Positions 34,495 to 34,607 of a DNA stretch of 34,607 nucleotides are shown piece after piece. The stretch is from Reclinomonas americana ATCC 50394. Its lineage: Eukaryota. Positions within the stretch are counted from its first letter, which is position 1; each line of letters opens with the position of its first letter. Made by a program: the position numbers and the translations under genes. The stretch covers positions 1 through 34,607 of the forward strand of contig PS015032.1 in assembly GCA_048213135.1 (NCBI GenBank), written 5' to 3'. Below the pieces are notes generated by a model. It had not been told where the DNA came from, searched no databases, and worked only from the letters and a program-made list of their open reading frames with translations.

Positions 34495-34607
34495 GGAAGG
34501 GGACAAGGGGGAGGAGAAGGGGGAAGAGTGAGGGGGAAGAGCAAGGGGGAAGAGAGAAAGGGGGAAGAGAGAAAGGGGGAAGAGAGAAAGGGGAAGAGAG
34601 AAAGGGG
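34495..34607. repeat. Purine-rich tandem repeat (G4-5)AAGAGAGAAA; polypyrimidine intron tract on the minus strand
   Basis: Repeated 14-15 nt units running to the end of the window. Confidence 0.9.

Overview
Eukaryotic, intron-rich genomic DNA from a draft assembly (N gaps at 274-976, 2797-3129, 18314-18881, 19203-19222, 20691-20710 and 25258-25731). The source is probably a flagellated protist, because it carries a SPAG8/FAP143-like axonemal gene; I cannot name the species. Genes use the standard code and GT-AG introns, mostly 55-95 nt, with a few 0.5-1.2 kb introns filled by simple repeats. Left to right: (1) a degenerate RLE-type non-LTR retrotransposon with RT, CCHC knuckle and PD-(D/E)xK endonuclease; (2) a large minus-strand gene with about 33-34 introns encoding a secreted GGA/FxxN beta-helix-repeat, Cys-rich, multi-pass membrane protein; (3) a mosaic of decayed gene fragments ending at a GC hairpin and AT-rich core; (4) a possible ubiquitin/SUMO-like-domain gene head-to-head with a TOPORS-like RING gene; (5) the SPAG8-like gene; (6) a minisatellite; (7) two divergently oriented EamA/DMT transporter paralogs; (8) a 5'-truncated minus-strand gene encoding Kelch, coiled coil, kinase and HECT domains, in which both enzyme domains lack their catalytic residues. 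All gene models were spliced by hand and family calls rest on recalled motifs; no searches were run.
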